DNA of 64,000 bases from Hypanus sabinus (lineage: Eukaryota). Where the stretch lies: assembly GCF_030144855.1 (NCBI RefSeq), contig NC_082716.1:60140001-60204000 (forward strand). The letters are read 5' to 3'. A program made the translations under genes and the position numbers. Shown here piece after piece: positions 51,201-64,000 of this stretch. A model generated the notes under the pieces. That model was not told where the DNA came from. It saw only the letters and a program-made list of their open reading frames with translations, and did not search any database. The first letter of the stretch is position 1. Every line of letters begins with the position of its first letter.

Positions 51201-53260
51201 TGTACATTCTTTGTAGACAAAGGAAGTCAACACCATCTGATGACTCACAAGGAGTTGAACTTCTATACAAACCTCCCGTATAGGGTAAAATCATCCCAAA
51301 AAATATTCCAGATGATCGGGAATAAGCTGACGCAAAGGCCCAGAAGTGCATGCACAATTAGGATGACATATAATTGCAACCACCACAGAGGAGAAAAATC
51401 TTCAGTAATATTTACTTGAGGAATTACTCAGAAAATTTCATCAATATAATAGCAAGCATGAAAAAAACAAATATGCCTTTGTGCAGATAGTAATAATTTA
51501 TGTACATCCACAAACAGATGAAAATTGCCTGCTGCCATTTAAAGAGAATATCAAATCAACCTTGAACTGAAAACACTGAAAAGTCACTGAGCTCTGGATA
51601 TTTCTAGATGTGACCTAATACAACACTTGATCTTTATCAGGTGTTCCACAGTGTTGACTCCATCAGTTATTAAAGGGGATTGACTCTTAGTGGTGGGGAA
51701 AGATCAGCTAAAGCACTTTATCTGTGCAAAAGCTTGATCAATTAAAATACTAACTTTGTATTACAACTTGGTTTCAATATTTCCAGCAATGGAGTTAAGG
51801 CAGTGACTCACCATATCATTGTAAGTCTATTGCCTTTTCAATTACATACACTGGCCAAAAGTGAAAAATGAATTAAGCTTGAACAATGGCAATGATATTT
51901 GGATTTAAAATTTCAAATTCTAGCTGGGAAGGCCATTCACAGTAATTATTGATAACAACGTTGTGTTGGCCTTTCTGGGATCAAAGTCAGCTAGTCCGAT
52001 GATGAGCATGTTAAGAATAGAAAAGTGGGGCTCTCCTACAACAGTGCCACACAGAGCATTTAAACAGCATGATATGGTGGATGCCTTGTTTATGTCTCAC
52101 TTCAAACAAAATTCATAATATACTGGCTGAAACAGATGACTTATCTGGCCCAGGAGTGGAAAATCTAGATTTATATAAGACCTGACTTTTGAGGCAAGTG
52201 CATGACAGATATTGTGTAGATGAATGGAACACACATAGATCTGAATGAAGAAATTATTCTATTGCAGATACTTTGAACTGTCTACCAAATGGTGATAGAG
52301 AAGCAATACTGAAGAAATTGCAAAGGAAAATTAAGGACAATCTCCATACAGAACATTTGTCTTTAGTGAATATGAAGAGTTTTGGCTGCAGGCTTCGTCT
52401 GATGACCTGGTGTTGTCAAAGATAGTCAGGACTGGCAAACACATCTCCCAAAGCATGCCTGCAAGTGTGGAAATGGCCTGCAACATGATTTTATTGGATC
52501 CATAGATTATTGGGAATGAAAGGATACAATATCTCATTGTATTTATCAATAGCCATTCAAAGAGCTAAAGGATGTGGGACCAGGAACCAACACAAAATTA
52601 ATCATAGAGGAACCTTTGCCACACACCTCTTTGGGGAAATATAATTAGACACTGGTCCATAGTTTAGACAAACATGAATAATTTATAAAGAACAGTGGAA
52701 TATGATACAATTTGATTTCTCTTTATCACCCATTTTCAAATGGGAATGTGGAAAGGTCCCTTTGAATGTAAAGAAGGCATCAAAGAAATACGTCATGGAA
52801 GGTGACTGAACATCATCAAAAAGCAAAGGAATAATACTGCACTCCAGAAGAATACTCATCTGCAGAAATATTAATGGGGACAGAAATTTCAGGATAAGCT
52901 TGAATCTCATTCAGCCAAATTTGTAAAGAAAGCCAATTGTTATCGAATGAGCTTCGCAACATAAGTTGCATGAAGCAGACTTTGGTGTTCAGCCCAATCT
53001 TTGTATCATTTACACCAATTCAGGTGTAAGCTAACTTTGCACAGACTGGTGACTGAGACTTTGAAGTTAGACACTGTTAAGAATGGAAAATTAATAATAG
53101 ATAATGAGTTTTAAAAAAAAGCAAAATATGTTGAATAGGCAATAAAAGCTCATTAATATTTTTAGAGCCCCAATTAAACCCCCACCATTCCACATCATGC
53201 CGTTTTGCGCATGCTCTGTTATATTGATGATATCCAAGCAGAATCAGGTAAAATTCTCAC

Positions 53261-53437
53261 TTTCTCCCAGCTGTCTTTGTAACATGTGAAGCTCTTGTTG
53301 GACCTCGGCCAGAGAAAATGGTGATGGTGTCAGGTAAGCTGGCCCAAAGGGCATGCTTCCAAACTGAGAAGGGAAGCCAGCACAATATGAAGCCTGACAG
53401 GCATTAAGGCTTGTTGGCACACTGCTGGAATACAAAC
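53261..53437 (-). CDS. PDE4DIP: Myomegalin exon (GLYSSSVP...SLAEVQQELHMLQRQLGE)
   Basis: atctttag acceptor and A|gtgaga donor; 177 nt, phase 1 to 1; conserved SLAExQQELxMLQxQLGE. Confidence 0.94.
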
Positions 53438-54976
53438 CTAAAGATGGACAGCAGAATCAAAATAGAAATAAAATGAAGTATTTTATAGAAATAAACATAT
53501 GCTTCAACATAAACACAGTAAATGTGGAGATACTTAACAGCCCTATTCCTGCTGCGTATAGGTATGGTCAAATTTGGAATTGGCATATTTGTGATTTAAT
53601 TATTTCTGCTGCTTCAAGATCCTGAGGGATCTGACTGTTGCTAAAGTATAATTGGTATAGTCTCAATTCTTTGATGTGTAACTCAATTGCTTGTTCTCGT
53701 TTGTGATCAAGGTTGTGAATGTTAATGAATGTTAATTCACCATTCAAATTCCATATGAAATCCTACTATAGCAGGAGTTACTAGAGCGGGATGCCTGACT
53801 AGATTTTCTCCTCCTTAGCACAAACACTAAGCAAAGTTAATTATCTTGGCTTACTCATTATAGACCTTTACCTCTTTCATTTTCCTGATGTGTTTTTGGT
53901 TCACATTGGATGGGTGCACTGGGCAAACTACAATGCAAGTGTCAAAGTGATTTAAGATGGAAAGCAAATGATCTGTTCTTAGATCCATATAGCCCCCTTG
54001 GATGTAATAAGTACATTCAATTCTCTGTCAATTTGCTCTTCAGCACATTCCACAAAGTTGGAAAATATTAGTAAAGTTGGATGTATTGTCTCTGCAATAT
54101 TAATGATGGATCTCAAGTGAACACTAGTTCAGACAAGTGAAAATTATCAGAAGCAGTAGAAAGACACAGGCACGATCTAACTGAAAAGGGGGATGCCTTA
54201 TGCCTTGGTGTGGCTCACGTAGGATGGAGCCTTTTAATTAATAATTAAGCAGGCTTCACTTCTCTTGTTAAGGCCTGCTTCAATGCTCTCCCAAGTTTTA
54301 TGTGACCAGCTGAACTTTGCGCAGGTAACAGCAAACAACTTGGCTTACAGTCTATTGTTCATTGTTGGACATAGCCCTCCTACCATAAAGGTCCAGGCAC
54401 ACTGAAAATGGCTAAATGGTTTCAAACATTTAGGCTCCACTGTGCTAGATGATGCTTAACAACAATGTCTACTTGTCTAATATCCTTCTCTTTGTGGGAA
54501 AAACATTAATGCCATAAGTTTCTACAATGCTCCCACTATTATCCAGTATAAATTGAACTCTGTTTACATACTTTCCCTGGTGTTTTCATACCTTTACTTT
54601 AGGTGAATAATTTAGAGAGCCTCCACAGAAATATTTTACTTTAAGGTATCATTTACTTATGCCTAGAGTGATAAGGATGGAAACTCAGTGTATGGAACAT
54701 AACATTGTACCCATTCCCTGTCTTCTGCTTCACACTGCTACTCACAGTATTTGAATGCTTCCAGTCAATATCCTGAGCAAACAAATGGCATCAATTAGTA
54801 ACAGTGAGTTAACTCAGCATGATACTAAATACAGTCAGAATCTGGGAAACTACATCACTGCCTACATTTAAAAGAGGAAAAACAAAACGTCATTCTCAAT
54901 CTATCTTGTTGGAACTTCTACACTCAATTTAAGATCCCAATTAAAGCACCATGCATTGATCAGTTTCTAACCATAC

Positions 54977-55111
54977 CTTTTTGTGATTTAACAGTGTCAC
55001 AGGGTTGCTGTGAGGGTGAGATGCTGGCACTGTCCTTTGGTCGATTTTCACATGAAGAAGCAGATGCAAGAGATGAATGTTGGGATGGGTGTTCACTATG
55101 ATTTTGATCAT
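54977..55111 (-). CDS. PDE4DIP: Myomegalin low-complexity exon (DDQNHSEHPSQHSSLASASSCENRPKDSASISPSQQPCDTVKSQK)
   Basis: cttttgtcag acceptor and AAAG|gtatgg donor; 135 nt, phase 1 to 1. Ser/His-rich like the positionally equivalent mammalian segment. Confidence 0.75.
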
Positions 55112-55654
55112 CTGACAAAAGTAAATGCTAATGTAATGAGATGTCAAAAAGTCACAAACTTGTACAAATATTTTTCTGGCATGAAACTAAAACAAACTAA
55201 AGACAGAGCAAATTCATAAACACCCTGTCCAAAAGCAATGTGAGGTTACTTTTACCTGACAAGCTATAGCAGTTCGAGACAACTCACCACCATCTAGTCA
55301 GGTGCCTCCTGATTACCAGATATGAATGAGCTGTTTCTTGATGTATTTTACTGTGAATTTATTTGCACCAAACTTAAACTGATACAAAGAGTAACATAAC
55401 TTCATGGATGTTTTTAAAATATTAGGGGTTTCAGTATAGTTTTTCTGGTTGAAAGGAGGGTGACATGGGACCACCAACATAAAATTGTGGATATGCTATG
55501 TTGGCGCCGTAAGAATGGCGATACTTGTGGACTGCCCCAGCGCAATCCTCGCTTATTTGATTAGATGCAAATAATTGATTAGATGTTTTCATGCTTTCAT
55601 GTGCATGTGACGAATAGAGCCAATCTTTCAAATATAATCATCTCACTCATGGTG

Positions 55655-55995
55655 TCTTAAGGGACTTTAGTACTAATGAAGTACATCAGATATGTAGTGA
55701 CTGAATAAAACACAATTGTCAGTTTGCAGAGAACGCTTTGATAATGGCCTGAAATCTGTTTTGGTAACACAAGGAATACTGGGAATAATTCTCCTGTTCT
55801 TTTTTGAAGCACCACGAGATCTTTAAAGTCCACCTGACAAAGCAGATAGGGCCCATGTTAACACCTTAGCCAAGACCAACAACACTCAACTTCTTCAACA
55901 CTACACTGAAGAAACAGCCTAAAATTTTTGTGCTCAAAGTTCCGTCTGGTTTACCGACTGACCCATAGCTAACAAACTCAGGACTGTGAGCAAAG
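55655..55995 (+). mobile_element. Old SINE remnant, DeuSINE-like
   Basis: cacgagatctttaaagtccacctgacaaagcagatagggcc resembles the Deu-domain core as I recall it; a similar remnant lies near 4400-4690. Confidence 0.45.
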
Positions 55996-56009
55996 TTACT
56001 TAAACATTA

Positions 56010-57288
56010 AGTTGAAGAGATTGTGGAGGCATACTAATGATCTTCCTAGAATCACTGGATTCTGGAATGCTTCCAGAAGTTGGTTGATGATGTGTATTTA
56101 GATTTTCAGAAGGCCTTTGACAAGATGCCTCATTTGAGGCTGCTTAACAAGCTACGAGCCCTCGATATTACACAAAAGATTCTAGCATGGATAAAGCAGT
56201 GGTTGATTGGCAGGAGGGAAAGAGTGAGAATAAAGGGAGCCTTTTCTACCTGGCTGCCTGTGACTAGTGGTGTTCCACAGGGGTCTGTATTGGGACCGAT
56301 TCTTTTTACATTATATGTCAATGATTTGGATGATGGAATTGAAGGCTTTGTTGCAAAGTTTGCAAACAATATGAAGATAGGTGGAGTGCCAGGTAGCTTT
56401 GAGGAAGTAGAGAGGCTACAGAAGGACTTAGACAGATTGGGAGAATGTGCTTAGAAGTGGCAGGTGGTACACAGTTTCAGGAATTGTATGGTCATGCACT
56501 TTGGTAACAGAAAAGAAATGGTTGATTATTTTCTAAATGGAGTGAAAATACAAAAAAAAACTGACACACAAAGGGATTTGGGAGTCCTTGTGCAGGATTC
56601 CCCATGATTAATTTGCAGGTTTAGTCTGTGGTGAGGAAGGCAAATGCAATGTTAGTATTTGTTTAAAGAAGACCAGAATATAAAAGCAAGGATGTAATGT
56701 TGAGAATTTACAAAGCACTGGTGAGGCCTCACTTGGAGTTATGTGAGTTTTGGGCCTCTTATCTTAGAAATGTGCTGAAACTGAAGAGGGCTCAAAGGAG
56801 GTTCACGAAGATGATTCCAGGATTGAACAGCTTGTCATATGAAGAATGTTTGATGGCTCTGTGCCTGCATTCACTAGAATTTAGAAGAATGAAGGGTGAC
56901 CTAATTAAAACCTATCAAATGGTGAAAGGTCTTGATAGAGTGGATGTGGAGATGTTTCCAGGGATGTGAGAGTCTAAGACCAGAGGACACGGCCTCAGAA
57001 TAGAGGGACATCATTTTAGAACAAAGATGAGGAGGAATTTATTTAATCGGAGAGTGGTGAATCTGTGGAATTCTTTGCTACAGGCAGCTGTGGAGGCCAA
57101 GTCTTTATGTATATTTAAGGCAGAGGTTGATAGATTCTTGATTGGTCAGGGCATGAAGGGATCCAGGAAGGAGAGGGGTTGGAATGCAGGAGACTGGGGC
57201 AGAGGGGAAAATTGGATCAGCCATGATGAAATGGTGAAGCTGACTTGATGGGCCAAAATGGCCTAATTCCACTCCTCTATCTTATAGT
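56010..57288 (+). mobile_element. CR1 LINE 3' portion (RT), decayed
   Basis: VYLDFQKAFDKMPH, GVPQGSVLGPILF, FANN (decayed FADD), YKALVRPHLE, RVVNLWNSL, 3' UTR. Confidence 0.92.
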
Positions 57289-58573
57289 ACTGGAGCACAG
57301 ATTGCTTTGTCAAAGGACTATATGTGTCAAACCCCCCCCATTCCTCCCTCCCCAAGCACATTTCAACAAAATGTTTGATATATGACATTATTGGATTAAA
57401 TGGTCATCATTATAAAATGATTCTGGGAGTTCTTGAAAGGTGGTATTCTGACTTGGGGCCCCCTTTTTCATATTGCATAAGGAGTGAACAAAGAAGGAAA
57501 CAATGGTCATTGGAAGTACTGCTGTCAATATATTCTAGTGCTCTTGTGGACTGTAACAACTGGATCAATGAATAAAAGAGTAATATGTATCAGCATACTT
57601 CTATTCAAAGAACCAGATAAAATGAATTGTGGCATTTAAGATTAATGAAGATGATGATGATGTTGCGAGATCACTATTGTGTCATTTTGTCATCCTGTGA
57701 TATCACAAGGACATTCCGTGATGATTGAAGGACAGAATGACCAATGTACACAGGATATACACAATGTATATTACATGTATATTACATTGCAATGCACTCA
57801 GGATATAGTAGCTAGCAAGAATAACATGGTAGTTGAACAAGACCAACTAGGTAACTTCAGTAAGTTCTTTAGGCCTGCTCATTGGTGAGTAGAAACTGTT
57901 CTTTATAAGCTGCTCATTCCATATACTGACCACCCTCTAGGAGAAAAAAAAAATTCCCCAAGGTTCCTAGTAAATTTCTCCCCACTCACCTTAAACTTAT
58001 GTCCTCTAATTCTTCATTTCCCAAATCAAGGAAAAAAGTGGGTTCTATGCTCATAATTTTATACACCTCTACAATATCACCCTGATTCTCCTACACTCCA
58101 ATAAATAAAGTTCCAGCCTATTCAACCTCCCTCCTTAACTCAGTCCTTTAAATCCTGGAAACATGTTTGTAAATCCCCTCTGCAGCCCCTTCAGATAATT
58201 ATCATCTTTCTTATAACTCCTATAGCACAATGAAAACTGAACCAAATACAACCTCACCAACATTTTGTAAAATTGAAACATTACATCCAACTTCTATACT
58301 CAATGCCCTGACTTTTAAGGCAAGTGTGCCAAAAGTGTTTTACAGTTTTACCAGTGATAGCAACTTCAGGAAATGATGTTACTTTCTGGAAAATGCTCTA
58401 TCTCATTCCACAACTTCAGTATTTTATTAATATTGTAGTTCAGTGTTACTGCTAATATTCCTACATAAATATTGCTGCTGCAACCAGGCCTCCGATTTCA
58501 TTTTGATATGTGTAATTATTTCCCTTTGCTCTTCCTTTGCTTAACTCTAGCGGAGCTTTAAATATAAGCTTAC

Positions 58574-58827
58574 CTGCAACAGCATGTGCTTCCAGCTCTG
58601 TGCTCTGCTGGTCATCATGTGAGTACTCACTACTCAAGTCAACTTCATAATGGTAAGCATCCAGGTCATCATTGGTTGACTCTTGCTCATCTGATATAAA
58701 TGATGCTCTGTCAGACTGTTCAGAGTCTGACAGAATCTGGCTGTTGGATGGAGTGTGTGCCCGGCTCTGCAGTTTGCAGCTTAGGGATTCAATGAGCTTG
58801 TTTTTCTGCTCAAGCTCTTTGTTCAAT
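58574..58827 (-). CDS. PDE4DIP: Myomegalin exon (LNKELEQKNKLIESL...TPSNSQILSDSEQSDRASFISDE...)
   Basis: ttttattcacag acceptor and G|gtaag donor; 254 nt, phase 2 to 1. Most 5' exon found in the window. Confidence 0.93.
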
Positions 58828-60304
58828 CTGTGAATAAAATTAATGCTTCAATTAAATCACCATCTTGTCAGAGATTTTGTAGCCAATATTCTACATGTGA
58901 TCTATATACAGTAGCTGCTGGTAATTTTTTTTTAAACATATAATGAGGGAAGAGCTACCAAAAACTAAGAGAAGGCTGATGAAATTTAACACAACATGAT
59001 AAAAAGTTATGTTTTCATACAAAAACGAGGATTTAAATAATACATAACAGAATCAATCTTAAGCTAGTTACAGCAATGGAAAGAGCTGAGGCTAAGTAGG
59101 CATTAAGGAAGTAGTTAAAAAATATACAAGACCCAGGGGCTTTGAGTAAAAGGGCAAGGATGTCACATTGAATATTTATAAAATACTGCTTTGATTGCAA
59201 CTAAAAGATTAAATCCAGTATGTGTTATTTGCGCAGTGCAAAGGCTTTAGAAAGTATGCAGAAGAGAGGTCCTGGAATGAATACAGGAATGTGGCCTCTA
59301 GACTGGAGAAACAGGGATTGTTCTTGGAACAGTGGAAGTTGAGCAGAGAGCTAATAGATAAATTTAAAATGATGAAGGGTCTACACAGAATAGATGAAAA
59401 TAACTTGCTGCCGTCAAGTGGTGTCCATTGCAACAATGAGTAAGGGAGGCAGATTCAGTCATGGTATGGAAAAGGGAAGAGTGTGCAGAGCTGTGGGGAG
59501 ATAGTGGGAGAGAGGAACTAGCTGGGTTACTCTTGCATTGGGCCAGCATGAACACAATGGAACAAAGGGCCTCCTTCTGTGCTATTATATTTCTGTGATT
59601 TATAAACAAAGGGAAAATGATTTCTTGTTTACAATTAATTTTAATGCAGTCAGTCACCTGCCCCATCATGTAAGTACAGGCTTTATAAAACAAAGTATTT
59701 GTTTCAATTAATTTCCCTAAATGATATTTAAATGCTATTATTGATTCTGATTCCATTTCCACCTGAGATAGAAGTAATCTTCTGTGAACCTGGAATAAGT
59801 TAACGCATTCCATTCCTCACTTTTTATCTTTTGGTATATTGTCCGGTCTTTAAGGTATCATTACTTATAAAGTAATCTTCCATAGCAGGAATCTTGCCTC
59901 AACCACTCTCAGATAATCACAAACACAGACAAATTCAGAATAAACCTTCAGGATATCCAATTACATAGAATATTCACACTAAAATAGTAGGCTCTTATCC
60001 TGAAGCCATACAATGTAATTTTCAGTTTTTTTTTAGGATGTGCAGATACCAATTAACAATCTGTCATTGAATGTATTTAAAGTTCAAAGCAAATTTATTA
60101 TGAAAATACACGTACGTCACCAAATACAATGCTCATTTCCTTGCGGCATTCACAGTAAATACATAACAGAATTAATGAAAGACCACAACCGATAGGATGG
60201 ACAACCGAATAATGTGCAAAAAACAACCAAATATGCAAATACTTCAATTGAGGCCTCACCGAAGATTTATAAGTATCAAAACTACACCGTTGCTCTTATA
60301 GACA

Positions 60305-60445
60305 AGAGAAAAACTGCAGATGCTGGAAATCCGAGCAACACACACAAAATGCTGGAGGAACGCAGCAGGCCAGGGAGTATCTATGGAAAAAAGTACAGTC
60401 AGCGTTTTGGGCCGAGACCCTTTAGGACGGAAAAAAGATGAAAAA
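60305..60445 (-). mobile_element. Penelope-like terminal repeat fragment
   Basis: gcagatgctggaaatc..acacaaaatgctggaggaacgcagcaggcc..ttttgggccgagaccctt. Confidence 0.75.
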
Positions 60446-60839
60446 GTGACTTGTTTTGTCTTTCAGTCTCTGAAGCAGTAGTCACTAAAAGAAAAATTCT
60501 CAAGTTTGCCTTGTAGGCCTAAAGTTATACTTAGTTTCTCATTTACCATGTTAGCAATTTTTATAGTGGTCCTGGTATTTACTGTTGAACAAAACACAAA
60601 CCTGCAATTAGAAACAATGCACAAGAACCAATGGAAAAATATAGTTATTTCATCAGCAAAAATACAAGAAGTTTCTATGTCAATTTGTTAAACAGTTGGA
60701 ATGGAGAGATGCCAATATATTTGCACAATTCCTCCAAATCTGTTGACAGGATAAATAGACCATTATCAATGTCCTCTCCCAAGTGAACATCTCCAGTTTT
60801 GAGATCAAAATAACTCCCCTGCCCCAATTTTTAAATCTA

Positions 60840-60950
60840 CTCCTCAACCTTTTTTCCCTCCAGTCCTGTTGAAGGCTTTTGGCACAAAATGTCGACTGTA
60901 CCTTTTTTCCTAGATGCTGCCTGGCCTGCTGAGTTCCTCCAGCATGTGTC
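60840..60950 (+). mobile_element. Penelope-like terminal repeat fragment (inverted relative to 60305-60445)
   Basis: cagtcctgttgaaggcttttggcacaaaatgtcgactgt..agatgctgcctggcctgctgagttcctccagcat. Confidence 0.75.
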
Positions 60951-62320
60951 TTCCTTGTTTTTATATTCTAGTCCTCTTGAAATGAATGCTGACATCGCAA
61001 TTGCCTTCCTCACCACTGACTCAACCTGCAAATTAACCTTTAGGGAATCCTGCACAAGGACTCCCAAGTCCCTTTGTGCTTCAGTTTTTTTGTATTTTCT
61101 CTCCATTTAGAAAATATTCAACCCTTTCATTACTTCCACTAAAGTGGATGACCATACACTTTCCTACACTGTGTTCCATCTGCCACTTCTTTGCCCATTC
61201 TCCTAATCTAAGTCCTTCTACGGCCTCTCTAATTCCTCAAAACTATCTACCCCTCCACCTATCTTTGTATTGTCTGCAAAGTTTGCAACAAAGCCATCAA
61301 TTCTATTTTCCAAATCATTGATATATAACATAAAAAGAATTGGTCCCAATACAGACTCCTGTGGAAAACCACTAGTCACAGGCAGCCAACCAGAAAAGAT
61401 ACCCTATATTCCCTCTGTTTCTGTCCTGCAAATTAGCCATTGTTCTATCCATGCTGGAATATTTCCTGTAATACCATGGGGTTGTAGCTTTTTAAACAGC
61501 CTCATGTGTGGCACCTTGTCAAAGGCCTTCTGAAAATCCAAGTCAACAGATTTTCCTGCTTGGTATTTCTTCAAAGAATTCCAACAGAATTGTCAGACAA
61601 GATTTTCTCTTGAGGAAATCATGCTGACTATGGGCTACTTTATCATGCGTCTCCAAGTAACCTCATCCTTAGTAATCGACTCCAACATCTTCCCAACCAC
61701 TGAAATCAGACGCCTATAGTTTTCTTTATTCTGCTTCTCTCCCTTCTTTAGACTGGAGTGATATTTGCAGATTTCCAGTCTTCTGGAACCATTCCAGAAT
61801 TTAGTAATTCTTGAAAGATCATTACTAATGTCTCCATAATGTCTTCAGCAACATCTTTCAGAACCCTGGGATGTATGCCATCTAGTCAGGGTGACTTATC
61901 TACCTTCAGACCTTGCAGTTTCTCAAGAATCTTCTCTCTAGTTATAGTAACTTCAGGACCTCTGACACCTGGAACTTCTGCCATACTGCTAGTGTTTTCC
62001 ACAGTGATGACAGATGCAAAATAGTTATTCAGTTTTATTCATTTCCTACTCCCCCATTACTGCGGCAATGTTTTTCTGGTGGTCTGGTATCCACTCTTGC
62101 CTCTCTTTTACACTTTATGTATCTGAAGAAACTTTTGGTATCATCTTTAATATTATTTGCTGGCTTATTTTTGTATTCCATCTTTACTTTCTTAATTAAC
62201 TTTTTAGTTGCCTTCTGTTGGTTTTTAAAAGCTTCCCAATCCTCTAACTTCTCACTAATTTTTGCTCTATCATTTGCCCTCTCTTTGGCTTTTATGTTGG
62301 TTTTGATTTCTCTTGTTAGA

Positions 62321-62812
62321 CACAGTTATAACCATATAACAATTACAGCACGGAAACAGGTCATCTCGGCCCCTCTAGTCAGTGCCAAATGCTTATACTC
62401 ATCTAGTCCCACCGACCTGCACTCAGCCCATAACCCTCCATTCTTTTCCTGTCCATATACCTATCCAATTTTACTTTAAATAACAATATTGAACCTGCCT
62501 CTACCACTTCTACTGGAAGCTCGTTCCAAACAGCTAACACTCTCTGAGTAAAGAAATTCCCCCTCCTGTTACCCCTAAACTTTTGCCCCCTAACTCTCAT
62601 GTCCTCTTGTTTGAATCTCCCCTACTCTCAATGGAAAAAGCCTATCAACGTCAACTCTATCTATCCCCCTCATAATTTTAAACACCTCTATCAAAGACAC
62701 CCCTTAACCTTCTACGCTCCAAAGAATAAAGACCTAACTTGTTCAACCTTACTTAGGTAACTTAGGTGCTGAAACTCAGGTAACATTCTAGTAAATCTCC
62801 TCTGTACTCTCT
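62321..62812 (-). mobile_element. Nested 5'-truncated CR1-type LINE of a different family
   Basis: RVRGQKFRGNRRGNFFTQRVLAVWNELP with its own 3' UTR and tail, splitting the host CR1. Confidence 0.85.
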
Positions 62813-63319
62813 ATTTCTGTCATCTTGCCTTTAGAATACGTCTTTCTTTTGGGATGTATAGTCCTGTGCCTTTCAAATTGCTTCCAGAAATCTAGCCATT
62901 GCTGTTCTGACATCATCCCTTCCAGTGTTCTTTTCCAATCAATTCTGGCTAACTCCCCCTTCATGTATTTGTAATTCCCTTTACTCCACTGTAATACTGC
63001 TACATCTGACTTCAGCTTCTCCTTCTCAAATGTCCGGGTGAATTTGATTATATTATGATCACTTGCCCCCAAGGGATGTTTTACTTTAAGCTCTCTAATC
63101 AATTCTGGTTCATTGCACAATACCCAATCCAGAAGAGCTGACCCTCCAATGGGCTCAAGGCCAATTCATCAGCACTCTAGAAATTCCCCCTCCTGTAATT
63201 CAGCACCAACCTGATTTTCCCAACCTACCTGCATATTGAAATCCCCATGATTATTGTAACAATGCTCTTTTGGAATGCATTTTCTATCTCCCGTTGTAAT
63301 TTGTAGACCACATCTTTGG

Positions 63320-63919
63320 TTCCTTAAGTTTGTTATAGCCGAGGGTGGTAATGGGAGCAAGCTCCCACTACCTAGTAAATGCTCCCAATGGCGTGTGCCT
63401 CACATAACCTCTGTCAACCAAGTCCAGCTCCTGGCTTTCATGTGTGCTTAGCTACTAAGCCCGGCGGAACCATTTCTACTGACAAGAGAAGGGGCAAAGG
63501 CGGGCTACTGGTGCCTTAAAACCAGTCACTTCTGGCAGATAGGGCTTGTCAGCCATGGTTGGCAGCTCACCTAGGAGCAGAAAAACTCTGAGCTCATATC
63601 TCCTCTGTTTTCTGGCTATACTCACTCATGGGGACGGGCTTCAGGAGTAAACCCCGAGGGAAAAATCCGGAGCTAGAGTCCCTAAGGCAGTCCTACGTTG
63701 AGTTCAATGCTGACTGGCAACTCCTGCGATGCTGCTGGTACCAAACTGTATCAGTCTGTGCCATTGCTTTGAGTTCATCAGATGTGTGGTTAGAGGGAGC
63801 TTGCTACATGAGCAACAGCTTGCTCTCCATATCGTACTGCCCAGGCTTACCTATCTAGACAGCTAGGATGAAATATCTATGTTTCAACTCTGACTGATGG
63901 AAGTCTCAGACAGAGAGAG
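63320..63919 (+). mobile_element. Nested non-coding element resembling an RTE-clade 5' UTR / RTE-related SINE
   Basis: GC-richer 600-bp insert with ggcagctcacctaggagcagaaaaactctga (RTE 5'UTR-like from recall); possible TSD acatcttt (63310) / acatcctt (63920). Confidence 0.5.
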
Positions 63920-64000
63920 ACATCCTTACTAGTTTTTGGGGGTTTGTATACAACTCCCGTCAGGGTCTTTTTACCCTTGCAGTTTCTTAGCTCTATACAC

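Larger units (their letters stand above)
60951..64000 (-). mobile_element. Older CR1 ORF2 remnant interrupted by two nested insertions
   Basis: RT motifs at 60951-62320; endonuclease motifs (CNEPELIRELKV..SDHN, GDFNMQV) at 62815-63315 and 63920-64000. Confidence 0.9.

Noticed and set aside
54941-55147. ORF-track reading frame and the donor at 54949 for this exon
   Set aside because: The phase-compatible frame differs from the track ORF and hits TGA before 54949; the gtatgg donor at 54976 keeps the frame.
13086-58827. Calling the minus-strand gene CDK5RAP2
   Set aside because: Motifs HVIGHIDDY, MEQFIVSQLTRTHDVLKKAR and SLAExQQELxMLQxQLGE, the exon order and the AMPK-beta neighbour fit PDE4DIP better.
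61913-62479. 188-aa hydrophobic ORF resembling a membrane protein
   Set aside because: It is antisense of the Lys/Arg-rich CR1 ORF2 and crosses a TE-TE junction.
1-64000. Remaining 60-125 aa ORFs as standalone genes
   Set aside because: No domains or splice support; they are consistent with chance ORFs or TE fragments in AT-rich intronic DNA.

Overview
Eukaryotic, AT-rich, repeat-dense vertebrate DNA, most likely a cartilaginous fish (batoid-like repeat content; this is inference). It holds the 3' ends of two convergent genes. On the + strand is the last coding exon of an AMPK beta subunit (DGVMVLSATHRYKKKYVTTLLYKPI*, 5294-5371), assigned to PRKAB2 by synteny. On the - strand are 14 well-supported plus 2 probable terminal coding exons of myomegalin/PDE4DIP (58827 down to 13086). 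I assembled these by hand with consistent splice phases; they include the C-terminal CM2-type domain and one GC-AG intron. The rest is transposon-derived: a near full-length young CR1 LINE with SGNH-esterase ORF1 and a CpG-rich promoter-like 5' end, older CR1, Rex1/Babar and L2/Crack fragments, Penelope-like remnants with decayed hammerhead ribozymes, an IR/DR-type Tc1, a composite Tigger/pogo element, two solo LTRs and SINEs. There are no prokaryotic features or CRISPR arrays. The most interesting leads are a possible CR1-promoted short PDE4DIP isoform, inverted CR1 copies bracketing one exon, a templated snap-back insertion junction and a PDE4DIP C-terminal extension. Repeat boundaries are approximate unless TSDs or TIRs are given.
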